Source: Klebsormidium nitens
Taxonomy: Eukaryota > Plantae > Klebsormidiophyceae
Direction of reading: 5' to 3'
DNA: 64,000 nt
Assembly (NCBI GenBank): GCA_000708835.1
Contig: DF237146.1
Coordinates: forward strand, 62,001-126,000
The notes below the pieces were generated by a model. That model worked only from the letters and a program-made list of their open reading frames with translations, was not told where the DNA came from and did not search any database. Positions 47,429-58,554 of the stretch are shown here, piece after piece (position 1 is the stretch's first letter; every line of letters begins with the position of its first letter). A program made the position numbers and the translations under genes.

Positions 47429-48352
47429 TTACTTGGATAGCGATTCGAATTTAGATGGACCATTCCCAACCGAGTCTCCAGTTGGGCTGACTCTTTCCCC
47501 CGAATATCTCAGATAGGAATGCACGTCACAAGTTAAGTTCTCCTTATGCGGTTCCAAATGCGAACACAGAACGCCCCGCAAACGATACCATGTAATGGAT
47601 CCGCCGACCGCCCAAGGTCTCTTCGGACGGAGAATTTCACAGCAGGCAAGTTCTGTCAAAGCAGGTGATCTTGTCTCACAGGGTGGAAGTGTGTAGAGTT
47701 CTACAGACAGGGGCCCCGGCGGATCATTCTCGACGCTGACTCCGATGGATTTGCCAGCAACAGAAGCGTTACGAGTCTGGCTTAATTCTTTCAGTATTGC
47801 TTGGGAACTCAAATATCCAGCTGCCGGGTACACCGGCTGGAGCGAAACGTCCGCAAATCTGTAAGACGCTGAGGTCGTATATGCAGCGTTGTCTGCTACT
47901 GTGTGTTCCGGGTAGATGCCCCACATCCAAATGCTCCGCCCTAAGCGAACGAGGATCAGGATGATCCCCCCAGAGAAAAGACGCGCCCGAAAGCAGCATG
48001 CAGCGCAAAATCCATCCTCTCGTGTAGAGCGTGCCACCCCTTGGCTTTGTTCAGCACGGTTGATTTGCTTTGCCGCACAGCATCGGGCTATCAACAGTCG
48101 TTTGTACCCACCCAGAGCTTCCACCTTTGCATCCAATTTTACACCTTCCTCTGACTTGTGAATCTCAGACTGACAACTGTCTTGCACAGCCGTCGCTGAG
48201 CCACAAAACGCTTCCTTCCAAACGTCTGGATTTTCTGCCGCGGCGCGGTAGAAGGGCGCCAAATCACACGTGCTTCGCAACAACGAGAGGGGGTCCAGAG
48301 CAGCCAGCTTGCGGAGGGTGACCAAGATCAGCTCGTTCGGAAGGCGCTCCAT
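47429..48352 (-). CDS. F-box-like family member 4, intronless, 307 aa, intact
   Basis: MERLPNELILVTLRKLAALDPLSLLRSTCDL...VWKEAF...LGGYKRLL...LVRLGRSIWMWG...GPLSVELY; uninterrupted ORF. Confidence 0.8.
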   Translation of the reverse strand: MERLPNELILVTLRKLAALDPLSLLRSTCDLAPFYRAAAENPDVWKEAFCGSATAVQDSCQSEIHKSEEGVKLDAKVEALGGYKRLLIARCCAAKQINRAEQSQGVARSTREDGFCAACCFRARLFSGGIILILVRLGRSIWMWGIYPEHTVADNAAYTTSASYRFADVSLQPVYPAAGYLSSQAILKELSQTRNASVAGKSIGVSVENDPPGPLSVELYTLPPCETRSPALTELACCEILRPKRPWAVGGSITWYRLRGVLCSHLEPHKENLTCDVHSYLRYSGERVSPTGDSVGNGPSKFESLSK

Positions 48353-48419
48353 GCCTGCGCTCAGAACGTCATGGGAGAACAGTACAAAGACTAGTAAACA
48401 TCATCTGATGGTCGATACT

Positions 48420-48625
48420 CAGCGCGGCCGTGGGTCAAACCGGCGCGACTGGCCGCTCGTCGACCCAACGGGCGCGGCCGCGGGTTCTCTGGCGCGGCCG
48501 CGGCCGGTTTAGACGCGGCCGCCAAAGCCTCGCCTCCCACTCGTCGCGCGGCGGCGCGCGCGCACCCTGAGCCTTTTGCCGCCCAAGTGCGAATGTCGCT
48601 TTGGAAGGCGCCGCGCGCCTGGCTG
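48420..48625. promoter_or_regulatory. CGCGGCCGCG-rich island between divergent members 4 and 5
   Basis: GCGGCCGC at about 48474, 48494 and 48514, plus GCGCGCGC, between ATG 48352 (-) and ATG 48716 (+). Confidence 0.5.
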
Positions 48626-48715
48626 CGTAACCAAAGGACGAGCGAAGGGCGCAGCAGAAGACTCAAATGGCTCAAGCACTTTGTGGATGTGGATAAAGCG
48701 GGAGTATAGCTCGTC

Positions 48716-49496
48716 ATGGAGGATCTACCAAGCGAACTGGTAAGGGTCATCCTGTATAAGCTTGCGGCGCAGGATCTTCCCTCCTTGTTGCGGGCCACGT
48801 GTGCGTGGAAAGGTTTTCACCTGGAGGTAAAGGGAAGTCCTGAGATCTGGAAGGAAGCCTTTTGCGGCGGAAACTCGGGGCTTGCAGACGAGAAACCGGA
48901 AGCTGAGATCATGTTGTTGGGTGGGTACAAGCGGCTGGTCAAAGCTCGGTGGGAGAATAGCCTTTGTTTGAAACCTGAACAAACACAAGGCCTAGGATGG
49001 GTCGCACCAAGTGAACCCAAGTTCTCATATCTCGATTTGACCAGGAGTACTCACTACAAGTTCCTTGTCTTGATGAGAGAGCAAAGCAGGATCCTGTTAT
49101 ATATGGGGGTTGCTGATCCGCACGCCGTCAAGGCAGAAGACGCTCGGGGATTTCACCTTCAGATCCATAGTACATAGCCCTTATTCTAGTAGACTGAGAA
49201 AACCATCTTCTGTTGATCTCGAACTTTCTTTGTCTACTTCGGGGTTAGAGTCTCTCTTTTTCCAAGCACGCCCGACTTGCGGGAAGGGTTCGAAAGGACA
49301 GAAGAGCCTCAGGGTTGGAAGCGACCAGGTAATGCAGGGTCCTTTATTCGTGGACCTGTACCACTTTCGCCAGCCGCAAAGTAACCCAAGCTTGAGAGAC
49401 GCAAAGACCTGGTTGTGTGAAATATATCGTGGGCGAGACGATGCAGACGTTCCGGCATTTACGTTCGATGGACGTTTAATTTCCGTAGTTCTTTGA
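48716..49496 (+). pseudogene. F-box-like family member 5, single frameshift
   Basis: MEDLPSELVRVILYKLAAQDLPSLLRATCAWK...IWKEAF...GGYKRLVKARWE. The frame switches near the TATATA at 49098-49104 into ORF 49110-49496 (KTLGDFTF...QGPLFVDLYHF.QPQSNP...KTWLC), colinear with member 6. Confidence 0.75.
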
Positions 49497-50329
49497 TGTG
49501 AGCGAACGTTCTGAAAAACAATACAAACCTCAATATTTGGCAGCTCTGGTCTCCACGTGTGCGCAGTCAAGGACAACGCCGGCGCCTAATTGGATAAGCA
49601 GTGGGACAGGACAGTCTCGCCTTAAAAGTGACATGGAAGACCCGTTTGTCACGGCGGTTATACATATTTGAACAAGGTCATGTTGCAAGTGGAAAAGTTT
49701 TGCGCGCGACTCGAGCCTCGATTCCTGATAGAACAGGAAGACCTGAGAAAACGTTTTGGTATTTTGTATCAACTATGATATTATGCATTCTTCCTACGCG
49801 CGTCAAAAAAGGAGTCAGGATAAAATACCCGTCCATGAAAAGCGTGCATAACTCATCCGAAAAAGATGGTTCAGGCTGTAAACACGATTCATCATGCAAA
49901 GCAGAAGTTGCATGTGTTCCGACACCCGATTACTTCTGCTTCTTTATGCAAGCAAGAGACTAATTAAGACTCCAAGAAAAGACGATCGTACTGTAAATCT
50001 GAATTAAGGAATCTAGATGCTAATAAATCTCTTCGTCCCTCTTCTGGAAGTCGCACCATGTTCCAGACTTCGTTTTCATGATCAGCCCGGCAGCTTTACC
50101 ACCCACTTGACACTTGTCGTCAATCGCTACCTCTGCATGGCATAGGGCAGGCCGCCTGGTCAATAGGAAGATCAGACTCATGATTAACCAAGGCCTTTGA
50201 TCATTCACCCTCTCTCCAAAAATCTGCAAAACTCCGTTGCGTTTGCTCATGGGCGATCATATCAAAGATGGGCGCAGGCAGAACGCTTTAGCCCGCAGGT
50301 CCTAACTAGCGAACGGGGCCGTGAGCACG

Positions 50330-50500
50330 GTTCCTTGGGCGATACCGCGTTTGATTTTGACCCGCGGCCGCTGAAGCGCCCTCCTGGGCCAGGCGGCCGC
50401 CCAACGTTTTGTCCAGGCGTGGCAAAAGCGGCCGCATGACACCGATAAAACCCCACGTCGCGTCGCGGCCGCGGACGCGCTTCGAAGGACGCGCAGATCA
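50330..50500. promoter_or_regulatory. GCGGCCGC-rich island upstream of member 6
   Basis: Four GCGGCCGC sites (about 50364, 50393, 50428 and 50465) ending about 65 bp before ATG 50563. Confidence 0.5.
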
Positions 50501-50562
50501 GCAACATCTCAATGGCGCCCTGCAAAAGTGAACAGAGTTTCGAGCAGAAGCAAAGCGCGACA

Positions 50563-51318
50563 ATGGAGATTCTGCCAGGCGAACTAGTGCGGGTCGTTCT
50601 GTCGAAGCTGGCGGCGCAGGACCCTCCATCATTGCTGCGGGCCACGTGTGCCTGCAAAGCCATTTACCGGGAGGTGGAAGGAGACTCTAAATTTTGGAAG
50701 GATGGATTCTTCGGCGGAGATTCAGATATTGGAGAGCACTGCAAAGACGAGAGCCTGGAAGCTGAGATTTTGTTGGTAGGGGGGTACAAGCGGCTAGTGA
50801 AAGCTCGGTGGGAGGTGACAGAGTCCTCGGGTTTTGAACGAAGCCGGGAGTTGCTTTCACCGTGTAGTTCCAAGACTTCCAGTTTTGATGGAAGTAGAGA
50901 AATTAACGTCAAATACCTTGTCCTGGTGAGAGACCAGAAGAGGCTCATCTTGTGGGGCTTCTTAAAGTTCACGCCATCGGGGGACGTTAATCTCGGCGAT
51001 TTGACACTCACTGCTGTGAGTCTCAGAGCTTCTACTCGGGGCGACGTTCGACTTTATCTGAGTACTTCGCGGATCGAGCCGCTTTGTTCAAATACTTGCA
51101 CGAGTACCGAAGAGGTGTGGGAAGGACAAAGCAGGATGGTCGGTAGCAACTGTATACTGCAAGGGCCAGTCTCCCTGGAAAGATACGATTTCCAGGAACC
51201 TCAAAGTAATCCAAAGAATCCTGAAAGCTGGTTATGTCACACATATGTAGGACACGGTAAAAAAGTCTGGTCAGTGGACCTTTCTGGACGTTTCCTTTCC
51301 GTGGGTCCTGCGCTTTGA
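50563..51318 (+). CDS. F-box-like family member 6, intronless, 251 aa, intact
   Basis: MEILPGELVRVVLSKLAAQDPPSLLRATCACK...FWKDGFF...GGYKRLVKARWE...LVLVRDQKRLILWG...QGPVSLERYDFQEPQSNP. An alternative in-frame ATG lies at 50512. Confidence 0.8.
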   Translation: MEILPGELVRVVLSKLAAQDPPSLLRATCACKAIYREVEGDSKFWKDGFFGGDSDIGEHCKDESLEAEILLVGGYKRLVKARWEVTESSGFERSRELLSPCSSKTSSFDGSREINVKYLVLVRDQKRLILWGFLKFTPSGDVNLGDLTLTAVSLRASTRGDVRLYLSTSRIEPLCSNTCTSTEEVWEGQSRMVGSNCILQGPVSLERYDFQEPQSNPKNPESWLCHTYVGHGKKVWSVDLSGRFLSVGPAL

Positions 51319-52609
51319 GGAGACAAAACGTGAGGGCATACGTTGCCCATACGTTGGGAGGATTCTTCTGTAACTCGGAGATCAAGTGGTAAGACTTGGA
51401 GTTGTTAAGGAAGGCGGAGCCTCAAAAGATTGTAACAGATTGCGAACAAAAAGCACAGAGGTCTTCAGCTTTCTATCTTGCCTTTTAAATCCGACAACGG
51501 GTTTAAGAGGAGTTCTGATTCCCAAACTTAACCAGGCAGGATGCTTTAGAGTGCCACTGGAATTGCATTTCCACTCATCTTCAAGAGGTCTGGCGCTGGC
51601 TATGCATAAGAAAGTCGTCAAATGTGCTTTGACATTATGTCGCAAGACGTGATCGAGATTTGGAAGCCTTAAGAGAACGGCTGTCCTCTTGATTTGACGT
51701 ACTCTGGGGTCATGATATCCCATGAGACTTGCGGCCCACTCTTAGTTTCTTGTAAGTATACTAATCAAAAGATCGAGGCAGCGCCTTCGTTGGCATGGTG
51801 CAATGGGGCAGACAGTGGCCCAAGGATATTGCGCGTTTATGTGTAACCAAGACGATTAGGCAATGCGAAGCTTCTCATTTGCTCTCAGCTCTCAACCTTC
51901 TATTAGCTTAATGCATGATTGCATGCGGTTGGTTCGAAGGGCTGCGCTCCGAACACATTCGGGTCGAACAGAAGCGGCCCAACGGCTTCAGCCATGACAT
52001 TGCTACAATCAATGCTCTCGCGCGCATGAATGGAAGCATCTGTACTCTTAGGATAAGTGCCAGAGCTATCCGTTTCTGCGTTCATACTACTTTTTAAACG
52101 GCAACTTGAAACATGCGTACATCTTCCAATTCGCCCTGATTGGAGAGTCCGATTCCGTATCTCGCGAATAACTCTTTGATTCGCAATGATCGATGTCCAA
52201 AAGATCCAGGGAAGGCGCGTACTCTAGGAGCGAATTCTGCAACCCATGAATAGTGACTTGCCAGTATGGATATCCTTGTCGGTTGCCCGTGCCAGTGCAG
52301 TGGGCCCTTCTGAATTGAATCTGAGCGCGGTGCATGATATCGATTTCGACGTGACCAGGGAAAGAGAGAGCATGTGATATTTTGTGTGTGTATTGTATGA
52401 CCCGCCGCACACTCTCTTCACAGCTGTCGTCAATCGGTACCTCTGGCGTTAGGGCAGGCCGCCTGCCAGATGAGCTAGAAGATCGGTCTTTAATTTTCGA
52501 GGCTTCTCATTCACTCCCTCTCAATAATCTGATAACAATCCCTGGCAATCAATCATGACAGTAATATTTTAGACGGGCTGCACAGGCAGAACGCTTTCGC
52601 CAGCAGGTC

Positions 52610-52805
52610 CGAAGCGGCGCGGCAACGAAAGCGGAACCGAAAAAGCGAACGGGCCGTGAACGCGCGCGCGGTTCCATGGGCGTTTACTTCGAACCGCGGC
52701 CGGAGCGCCCTCGTTTTGCCTAGGCACATCTTACCTCCACTGCGTAACATCCACAAAACCCCAAGTCCGGTCGCGGCCGCGGCCGCGCTTCGAAGGCCGC
52801 GCAGA
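52610..52805. promoter_or_regulatory. GC island upstream of member 7 (paralog of 50330-50500)
   Basis: CGCGGCCGCGGCCGCG at about 52772 and CGCGCGCG at about 52661. Confidence 0.5.
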
Positions 52806-52864
52806 TCTGCAACGTCTCATGGAGTGCGAAGTCAGCAGAGTTTCGAGCAGAAGCAAAGCGCGCT

Positions 52865-53636
52865 ATGGAGACCCTACCTGGCGAAATAGTGCGGGTCGTT
52901 CTGTGGAAGCTAGCAGTGCAGGACCCTACGTCATTGCTCCGGGCCAGGTGTGTTTGCAAAGCCTTTCACCGAGAGGTGGAACGAACTCCTAAGATTTGGA
53001 AGGATGCATTCTTGGGCGGAGACTCAGATCTTGGAGAGCACTGCAGAGACGAGATCCTGGAATACGAGATTGAGATGATAGGGGGGTACAAGCGGCTGGT
53101 GAAAGCTTGGTGGGAGAAGACAAATATTTTGGATTCTGAACAAACCCAGGGGGTGCATCCATCGTGTGCATCGATATCATTCTCTTTTGTAGGACGTAGA
53201 GATATTCCCATCAATTACCTTGACTTGATGGTTCGAGCAAAAGAGGCTCATCTTCGGGGGCTTGCTCAAGCATACGCCATCAGCGAATGCGGATCTCGAC
53301 GATCTGACCCTCAAGTCTGTGAGTTTCAGTGCTACTCCTCCTGGAGACGTTAAATTTTATCTGGTTACCTCGGCTCTGGTTACCCTAGAGCCGCTCTCTC
53401 CTACAGCTCTCACGAGTCCCGGCGAACTTGAAGCGTTGGAGGGGCAGACCAGATTTGCTGGCAGCAATTACCTTGTGCAGGGGCCAGTTTCCCTGGAGAT
53501 ATACGATTTCCAAGAATCTCACAGTAATCCGAAGAAACCGAAGACCTGGTCGTGCAAAATATTCGTAGGACAAGATACTGAAGATTTAGCATTTGAACTT
53601 TCTGGACGTTTCTTTTCTGTGGGCTTTTCACTTTGA
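52865..53636 (+). pseudogene. F-box-like family member 7, single frameshift
   Basis: METLPGEIVRVVLWKLAVQDPTSLLRARCVCK...IWKDAF...GGYKRLVKAWWE. A 1-nt deletion near 53233-53240 relative to member 6 shifts the frame into ORF 53262-53636 (QGPVSLEIYDFQESHSNP). Confidence 0.78.
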
Positions 53637-54809
53637 GGAGACAAGGCCAGTTATTTTGCATACTTCCTGACCGTAGTTCTAGGTTTTTGTCACAATTCAT
53701 GACAGAGAACGGGGCGTGGTCAGGGAGTCTCATGAGAATCTTGGCAATCAGCCAGCTTGGCAGGCGTCTTTAAGGGCGGGCTGCGTAAGAATTTGAAAAC
53801 CTGGTCCGCGCTGTAGAGTGCAAAAAAGACTTTCAGATTATGAGTTTTTCACATCGGAGCCGTCACTGAAATTTGCAAAAGCGCATCCACCTTTTTCTCA
53901 AACCCGGTATGCTACTTCGCTTTCATCCGTCGACGGGGTCCTTGAAAATGTTGTGAAGCAGACTTGGACAAGAGAGGCGTGCATGATCACTATGATGCGA
54001 CTGGGTCAGATTGCCAATTGCTCATCTGAGATGTGAAAACGAGCCATCTATAGCTAGAAAACTGCGATCGCGTACTTCGACTGACGTCGCAACTCAATTG
54101 TTTGAGCGCCAAAATGATTGGTACCACAACTGTCAATTATCTGGAAGGGCTCTCTCTTTCAGTCGAAGTGGATGCATTCCGATCCTTTTGCTTTCTTTGG
54201 TGCCTCTGTCGGACCGACTCTATGAGGCTGGCAATCCCAGCGGACACGACGTCAAATGTTTTTTAAACATATAGAGAGGCGATTAAGAGATAAATATGAT
54301 GGTGATTTAGACAGTCACGGTAGTCTAGTAGTACCGTTCCGCCATTTCTCCAGAGACGGATGAGGCTTAAGCGGTTTATATTCCGGACGGTTGCGGGCGG
54401 AACGTCGCATCCGCTTTGGTGCGCGTCGAATCGAGACGGATCAAAATGGATGAATCCACACGGACTTGTTAGTAGATAAATGTAAGTTTGTATTCTTTCA
54501 ACGACGTCCTGATCCGCTATCCAATTGTGCCTCGACAGTGCTCTGCTATTGGCAACAATGACTAGCGTTCCACTAGCGTACATCCTCAAGATAGATTAAC
54601 GTCTGGGGTGCCCTGTCGTACCTGCTTGATGAAAATCAATCGCTTTCAAGCAATGATCAACGTCATTCCGGCAGACTTTTCTGACATGTAGCTTGACGTG
54701 ACCAGCTTGCCGGAACGCAAACAATATTCTGTACGCAATTTAATATGTGCATAGGTAGTGTGACCAGCTTTAGAAGTACGAAAGCAGCTGGCGGTGGGTA
54801 TATTCTGAC

Positions 54810-55035
54810 GGGGCGCGCCGCCGCCGCAAACATTCGCGCGCGCCGCGCGGCCTGGCCGCCATTGGCAGGCCCGGGTACTACCGCGCGGCGCGCGGCCGGC
54901 GACAGGCCCGGGGCGCGTGTGCCGGCCGACCCAAACCGTTACCAAACCCCTGGCAAAACCGCGCGGCGCGTCCGCAGCGCGGCCGCGCGGGTGTACGTTG
55001 GCCGCCGGTCCGAGCGGCCCGCGCGCGACGACGTC
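54810..55035. promoter_or_regulatory. CGCG-rich island not adjacent to a recognisable F-box-like gene
   Basis: Dense CGCG/GCGC and one GCGGCCGC (about 54980). It lies about 600 bp upstream of the membrane-protein gene and 220 bp upstream of minus-strand ORF 54263-54589. Confidence 0.35.
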
Positions 55036-55628
55036 TCCGCCATCCTTTTACTTCCAACTCTTGAACAAAAGCAGTCCTTTAGTCCTCGGAGTGTATTTCT
55101 TGCCGCTTTCACCACCGGTTAAAGAGGCAGATTTTGGTAAGAGGAAGGATGGCGTCCGGCATGCAAGGGGGAAAAGGAAGGGTTCCGCTGGCGCGGTACT
55201 GGAGCCTCGCTCTAATGACCTGCTGTTGGACAGGTTCGGTTATGGCGACGTTCATTCTTTGAAAAGCATATGCATGTGAATATCACTTTGAGGTCAACTT
55301 TAACTTTTGCCCTTTGACGTGATAACATCAATCTTCATCAGAGATTCACTCTTTTCTGTCTCACTTTGTGTTGCATGTAAGCTACCTGATCATGGTCAGA
55401 TCCGTTATACGGATCAGGGTAGGGGCACTGCCACCAAGCTTTTCAAGGACTCATCATGGACAGTCAAAAGATTCCAGACGTTTGCGCAACTGCAAGTTTT
55501 TGGTCGACCCTGATATTTGTTCGGGACCAGGTTTTCAGCGAAACAAACGTTCACAACATACTAAAGGTGACTTGCAGCCGTCTCAGGATCTTAAAACCTA
55601 GGCTCATGTTCAATAACGGGGTAATTGC

Positions 55629-57696
55629 ATGATATTTGCACTTATCGTTGCTTCACTAGTCATGTTTGGTCAGTCTGCCGCTCGAGGATGTATGATCAGG
55701 AAACCAAACTTCCTTTCCTTGTCTGCAGTTCTCATTTGTCCCAATGTTTCCAACGCCCAAGCTCTCCCCGCCAACCAGTCGCTTCCGGAGCCGACCCTGG
55801 TGAATGAGTTCCTGCTTAGCAACCAGTTGAACTGGACCAATCCAGTGCTCGGGAAACCTCCCCGACCGCTCCAAGTGATCAAGTGCCAATCGCTGACAAA
55901 ACCGGTGTACGACTTCTATCGAATCGAGGCACCCACGAATACTTGTCAGATCCCGCCTCCTGTTGTGAACGTTCTCCACCCCAAGCACACTCCCAAAGTG
56001 CTCCGCATCCTTCTGGGCATAACCATCTTCCTCGGCGTTGTCATCGACGGCCTGGTATTTTTCTGGATGGTTTGGGGAGCGTTGCTCTTCGCTTTGTTCG
56101 GGGCTCTCACAATCCTATTCTCACAATCCTAGCGCTAGTCGGTGGCCTCCTGATTTTCCTGCTGAGTTGGATCTGCTGTTGCTCTTTCCACTTCGATAAG
56201 AGCGAAGACTCTCTGGAGGCCCCAGACGTAGAGCCACCGAGACTTGCGCCAATCAGGGACAATGACGTCACCAGTGGCAATAAAGCGGTTGATGATTGGG
56301 CCCGAATCGAGTCATTGAAGTCCGAGATTGGCTGGTCGAACCATAATGACAGTGCAAAAGCAGAGCACACTTTCAGTTGGGAACCGGCCAACGAGTTCAA
56401 CCCCTTCAGTCTCAGCTACACTAGCGAGCTGCAAGCAGAGGCTGCCAGCACGCAAGGACACGTGGCAGCTTCTCCGACAGCCGCAACTGACGTCAGACCT
56501 CAACCGGTGACTCTTTCCACCGGCCAGTCCGGGTCGGGATCGAATTCAGACCAGCAAACGCCCCCGGTGGTCTGCTTTAAGACCAAAGAAGGGAAGAAGG
56601 CCAGAAAGCGCAACCCACTCTGTCAAGGACTTCTGATTTTGACCTATGTCGTCACCTTGCCGGTGCTCGTTTACCTTATTATTTCGGTTGCTCGCATGGT
56701 GCCGGGAGGGGTCAAGTGCTTCACCACGGATACCAGAGTGGAGCGACTGGGGCCGGTGCCTCTACCCGATCCCGCAAAAGGTATGATCTTTCCTGATGGG
56801 CACATTGTTTTCTGAAATCAACGCGGTGAATTCGCAGAGGGTTCTGCTGAGACCTCCTTTTGTTAGCCACGGCCTTGGCCAAGACTTTCGCATACCAGAG
56901 TACAAGCGGGAGGTTCTAACTCCTGAGCTCGTTGTTTGTTGAAAGTAAAGACGCGTCGTCACGTTCTGAATGACGTCTTTCCGTCCTTTTTCGATCTTAC
57001 CTTGGTTAAAGGAGCACCGTACTGCTAAAGGTGATTGAAGTGAATAAACCTTCATGTATCTGCTGGACGTCAGAATTTCGATAAATTCATCAGGCGAGTC
57101 GAAATCAGCACGAGTTCGCACCTCAGGTTGCAGCAGCTTCTCCCGCGGCGTCTGAACAAAAGTGGTGGGCTTAAAACCGATCATCTGGTTGAGAAGTATT
57201 GAACCCTGCAGATGCATCTCTAGCCCAGATTTGGACATTGGCAGATTCATTCTCTACTTTAAATACAGTAGGAGCCGTAACTGACATCCTGTGCATGACT
57301 CCTTGCCCAGGTTTGAACCAGTACCTGGCGTCTAGGTCCAACGGGACCAGCCTGACTCTTCAGTCCTGCAAGAACGACCGCTTGCAAATCTACGCTCTCG
57401 CTCCGGACGGCTGCGGACGTCTGGCGGATCCGTACGGCGGCCGCTCACCGGACAACGAGCTGCCGGCCCGTATCCGCGCCATGTGTCCAAAGTTACTGAA
57501 CGCGTGGAGTGCGAAGGATTTGGTTTATGGCGCGCTACCGTGCTTGGCGATGGCGATAGCCAGCTGGTTTCTGGTACTGGACTGCTCGTTACCCCTGTGC
57601 GAGTGCGAGGAGTGTAAGAAGAAGCGGCAGAGGCGGGCGGAAGTTGCGACACAGACGGAGGAAGCTCCGCGTCAGCAACCTGGAGGGGCTGTCTAA
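55629..57696 (+). CDS. Uncharacterised multi-pass membrane protein with signal peptide, interrupted by a 14-bp tandem duplication
   Basis: ORFs 55629-56132 and 55883-56815 join as ...GALTILALVGGLL... if one copy of TCTCACAATCCTA(T/G) (56105-56118 / 56119-56132) is removed. Intron 56781-57268 (GTATGA...TACAG, phase 1) joins to 57269-57696. This gives 521 aa with several hydrophobic segments. Confidence 0.65.
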
Positions 57697-58348
57697 CATC
57701 CGCGGGCAGTGAGAAGAGGATATTGTCTGAAGAGGATAAGTGTGCGTAGATCTTGTTTGTGTGTCAAGGCTTGGACGTCGCGGTCGGGGTTCGTTACAGC
57801 AGTGACGGCATTAGTCGTCAGAGTAGTCGTTGCATAGTCCTCTGGAAGTCCTGCCTTGCAGAAGTTGCTGTAGTAGATAAACGGTTTTTCCATTACTCTC
57901 TGTCGAGACCTTCTGATTCGACTATTTCGTTCTCCAGAATTCTACTTTGGAAATGGACACTTGCGGCAGTATGTTTATCCAATAATCATCCCACTAGGCA
58001 TTCTTTTAAGTCTTGATTGAAAACGCGCTTATTAATCACGACAAGAAGCTGATTGCTGGAGGATTCCAGGAATGCCGATGGAGGCTGCAGCCATGTTCGA
58101 CGATTGCAATTTTCAACCAGCATGGGCGGAATGGTTGAAAGGTAATCCGGCTTACTCAGAGGCATGTCCTTGACGTTTTCCAACCAATTTGAAACGCGGC
58201 CAGATTGAAACGTAGGTCAAAAAAAGCGCGCAAACTAACACGGCCGCACCTTCAGCCGGGATAGCATCTCGAGCGCCCATCATCGTCGAACCCACTAACA
58301 ACGTCATCAGAACCAAATCACCTTCGCGAGCGTGGAAATGACAAAAGC

Positions 58349-58512
58349 ATGAGACCCGTCTGCCATTTATACTCGTGGCGTTGCTTCAAGAATCCTCAAG
58401 ACCAAGCAAGCGGTCTGAGGCTCAGGCCCCATCTTTCTCTGCGGATTCCGTGCCCCTGCAAGCTTTTCTACGTGCAATTCTAGAGAATCCTGTCGTCTGG
58501 AAGGAAGCGTGA
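58349..58512 (+). pseudogene. Short decayed F-box-like fragment
   Basis: CTCAGGCCCCATC...CCTGCAAGCTT...GAGAATCCTGTCGTCTGGAAGGAAGCGT closely resembles member 8 (QDPI...CKL...ENPIVWKEA). The upstream CTCGAGCGCCCA is shared with members 8 and 10. Confidence 0.65.
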
Positions 58513-58554
58513 GAAGGCCTTGCGCCGCTTGAAAATCCGCACCAACCGCAGAGC

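Larger units (their letters stand above)
50110..53745 (+). repeat. Tandem segmental duplication carrying upstream region, GC island and F-box-like members 6 and 7
   Basis: Similar blocks at about 50110-51320 and 52420-53640, e.g. GTCGTCAATCG(C/G)TACCTCTG...AGGGCAGGCCGCCTG at 50116 and 52426, and CAGAGTTTCGAGCAGAAGCAAAGCGCG before both ATGs. A 1.1 kb unrelated stretch separates the copies. Confidence 0.75.

Noticed and set aside
25017-51440. TGTAA downstream of several stop codons as a chlorophyte-type poly(A) signal
   Set aside because: A 5-mer is expected about once per kb, so it cannot be distinguished from chance without 3'-end data.
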